Origin: an uncultured Bacteroidales bacterium
GTDB taxonomy: Bacteria; Bacteroidota; Bacteroidia; Bacteroidales; UBA3663
Assembly (NCBI GenBank): GCA_902779265.1
Contig: CACZAY010000003.1
Coordinates: 1 to 44,848, forward strand
Direction of reading: 5' to 3'
DNA: 44,848 nt
The position numbers and the translations under genes are program-made. The first letter of the stretch is position 1, and every line of letters begins with the position of its first letter. The notes under the pieces were generated by a model, which saw only the letters and a list, made by a program, of their open reading frames with translations, ran no database searches and was not told the DNA's origin. Shown here one piece after another: positions 44,778 through 44,848 of the stretch.

Positions 44778-44848
44778 ATGGGAAATTTAGTAGCTATTGT
44801 GGGTCGTCCCAATGTGGGCAAATCGACCCTTTTCAACCGCCTTACGGA
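44778..44848 (+). CDS. der: Ribosome-associated GTPase Der/EngA, N-terminal fragment (runs off the window)
   Basis: MGNLVAIVGRPNVGKSTLFNRLT is the canonical Der G1 motif. Confidence 0.85.
   Translation, partial: MGNLVAIVGRPNVGKSTLFNRLT

Overview
The window comes from a high-GC (roughly 60% by eye) Bacteroidota chromosome that looks Bacteroidales-like. Supporting signs are TAnnTTTG -7 promoter boxes, a T9SS C-terminal sorting domain, a BspA-type LRR protein, and DUF4271-hemD-rnpA-yidD synteny. Most of it is ordinary core and glycan-utilisation content: MotA/ExbB-like, an OMP, malQ, purD, a GH78-like hydrolase, a C10 peptidase, a PEP-binding protein, a TlpA-like oxidoreductase, rplS, an EEP phosphatase, hemD, rnpA, yidD, an ABC-F ATPase, a GH2 hydrolase and der. 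Three AT-rich accessory segments interrupt it. (1) 8.96-11.73 kb holds a COG1373-type AAA ATPase nested in repeated promoter/leader/palindrome modules, plus a small secreted protein. (2) 18.7-19.5 kb holds one secreted hypothetical protein. (3) A ~12.4-kb island lies between the ABC-F gene and the GH2 gene (about 29.48-41.93 kb). The island carries a translationally coupled four-gene minus-strand operon encoding proteins of 910, 613, 271 and 1,726 aa. The last gene encodes a DruE-like SF2 helicase fused to a DUF1998-type zinc-binding C-terminus, and I cannot assign the other three to any family. There is no methyltransferase, PLD, PglZ, integrase or transposase. I read this as a candidate undescribed Druantia-like anti-phage system. 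Around it are a second COG1373 AAA ATPase, a G8 tract in the 81-nt spacer upstream of the operon, a 15-bp direct repeat near both island edges, and a diverged relic of a second helicase 3' end. Together these suggest serial turnover of cassettes at this site. Other notable points are a perfect 76-bp tandem duplication that frameshifts the LRR/T9SS surface-protein gene, and a heptamer (GGCCAAT/ATTGGCC) that is very abundant in host DNA but almost absent from the island. No rRNA, tRNA or CRISPR array was seen.
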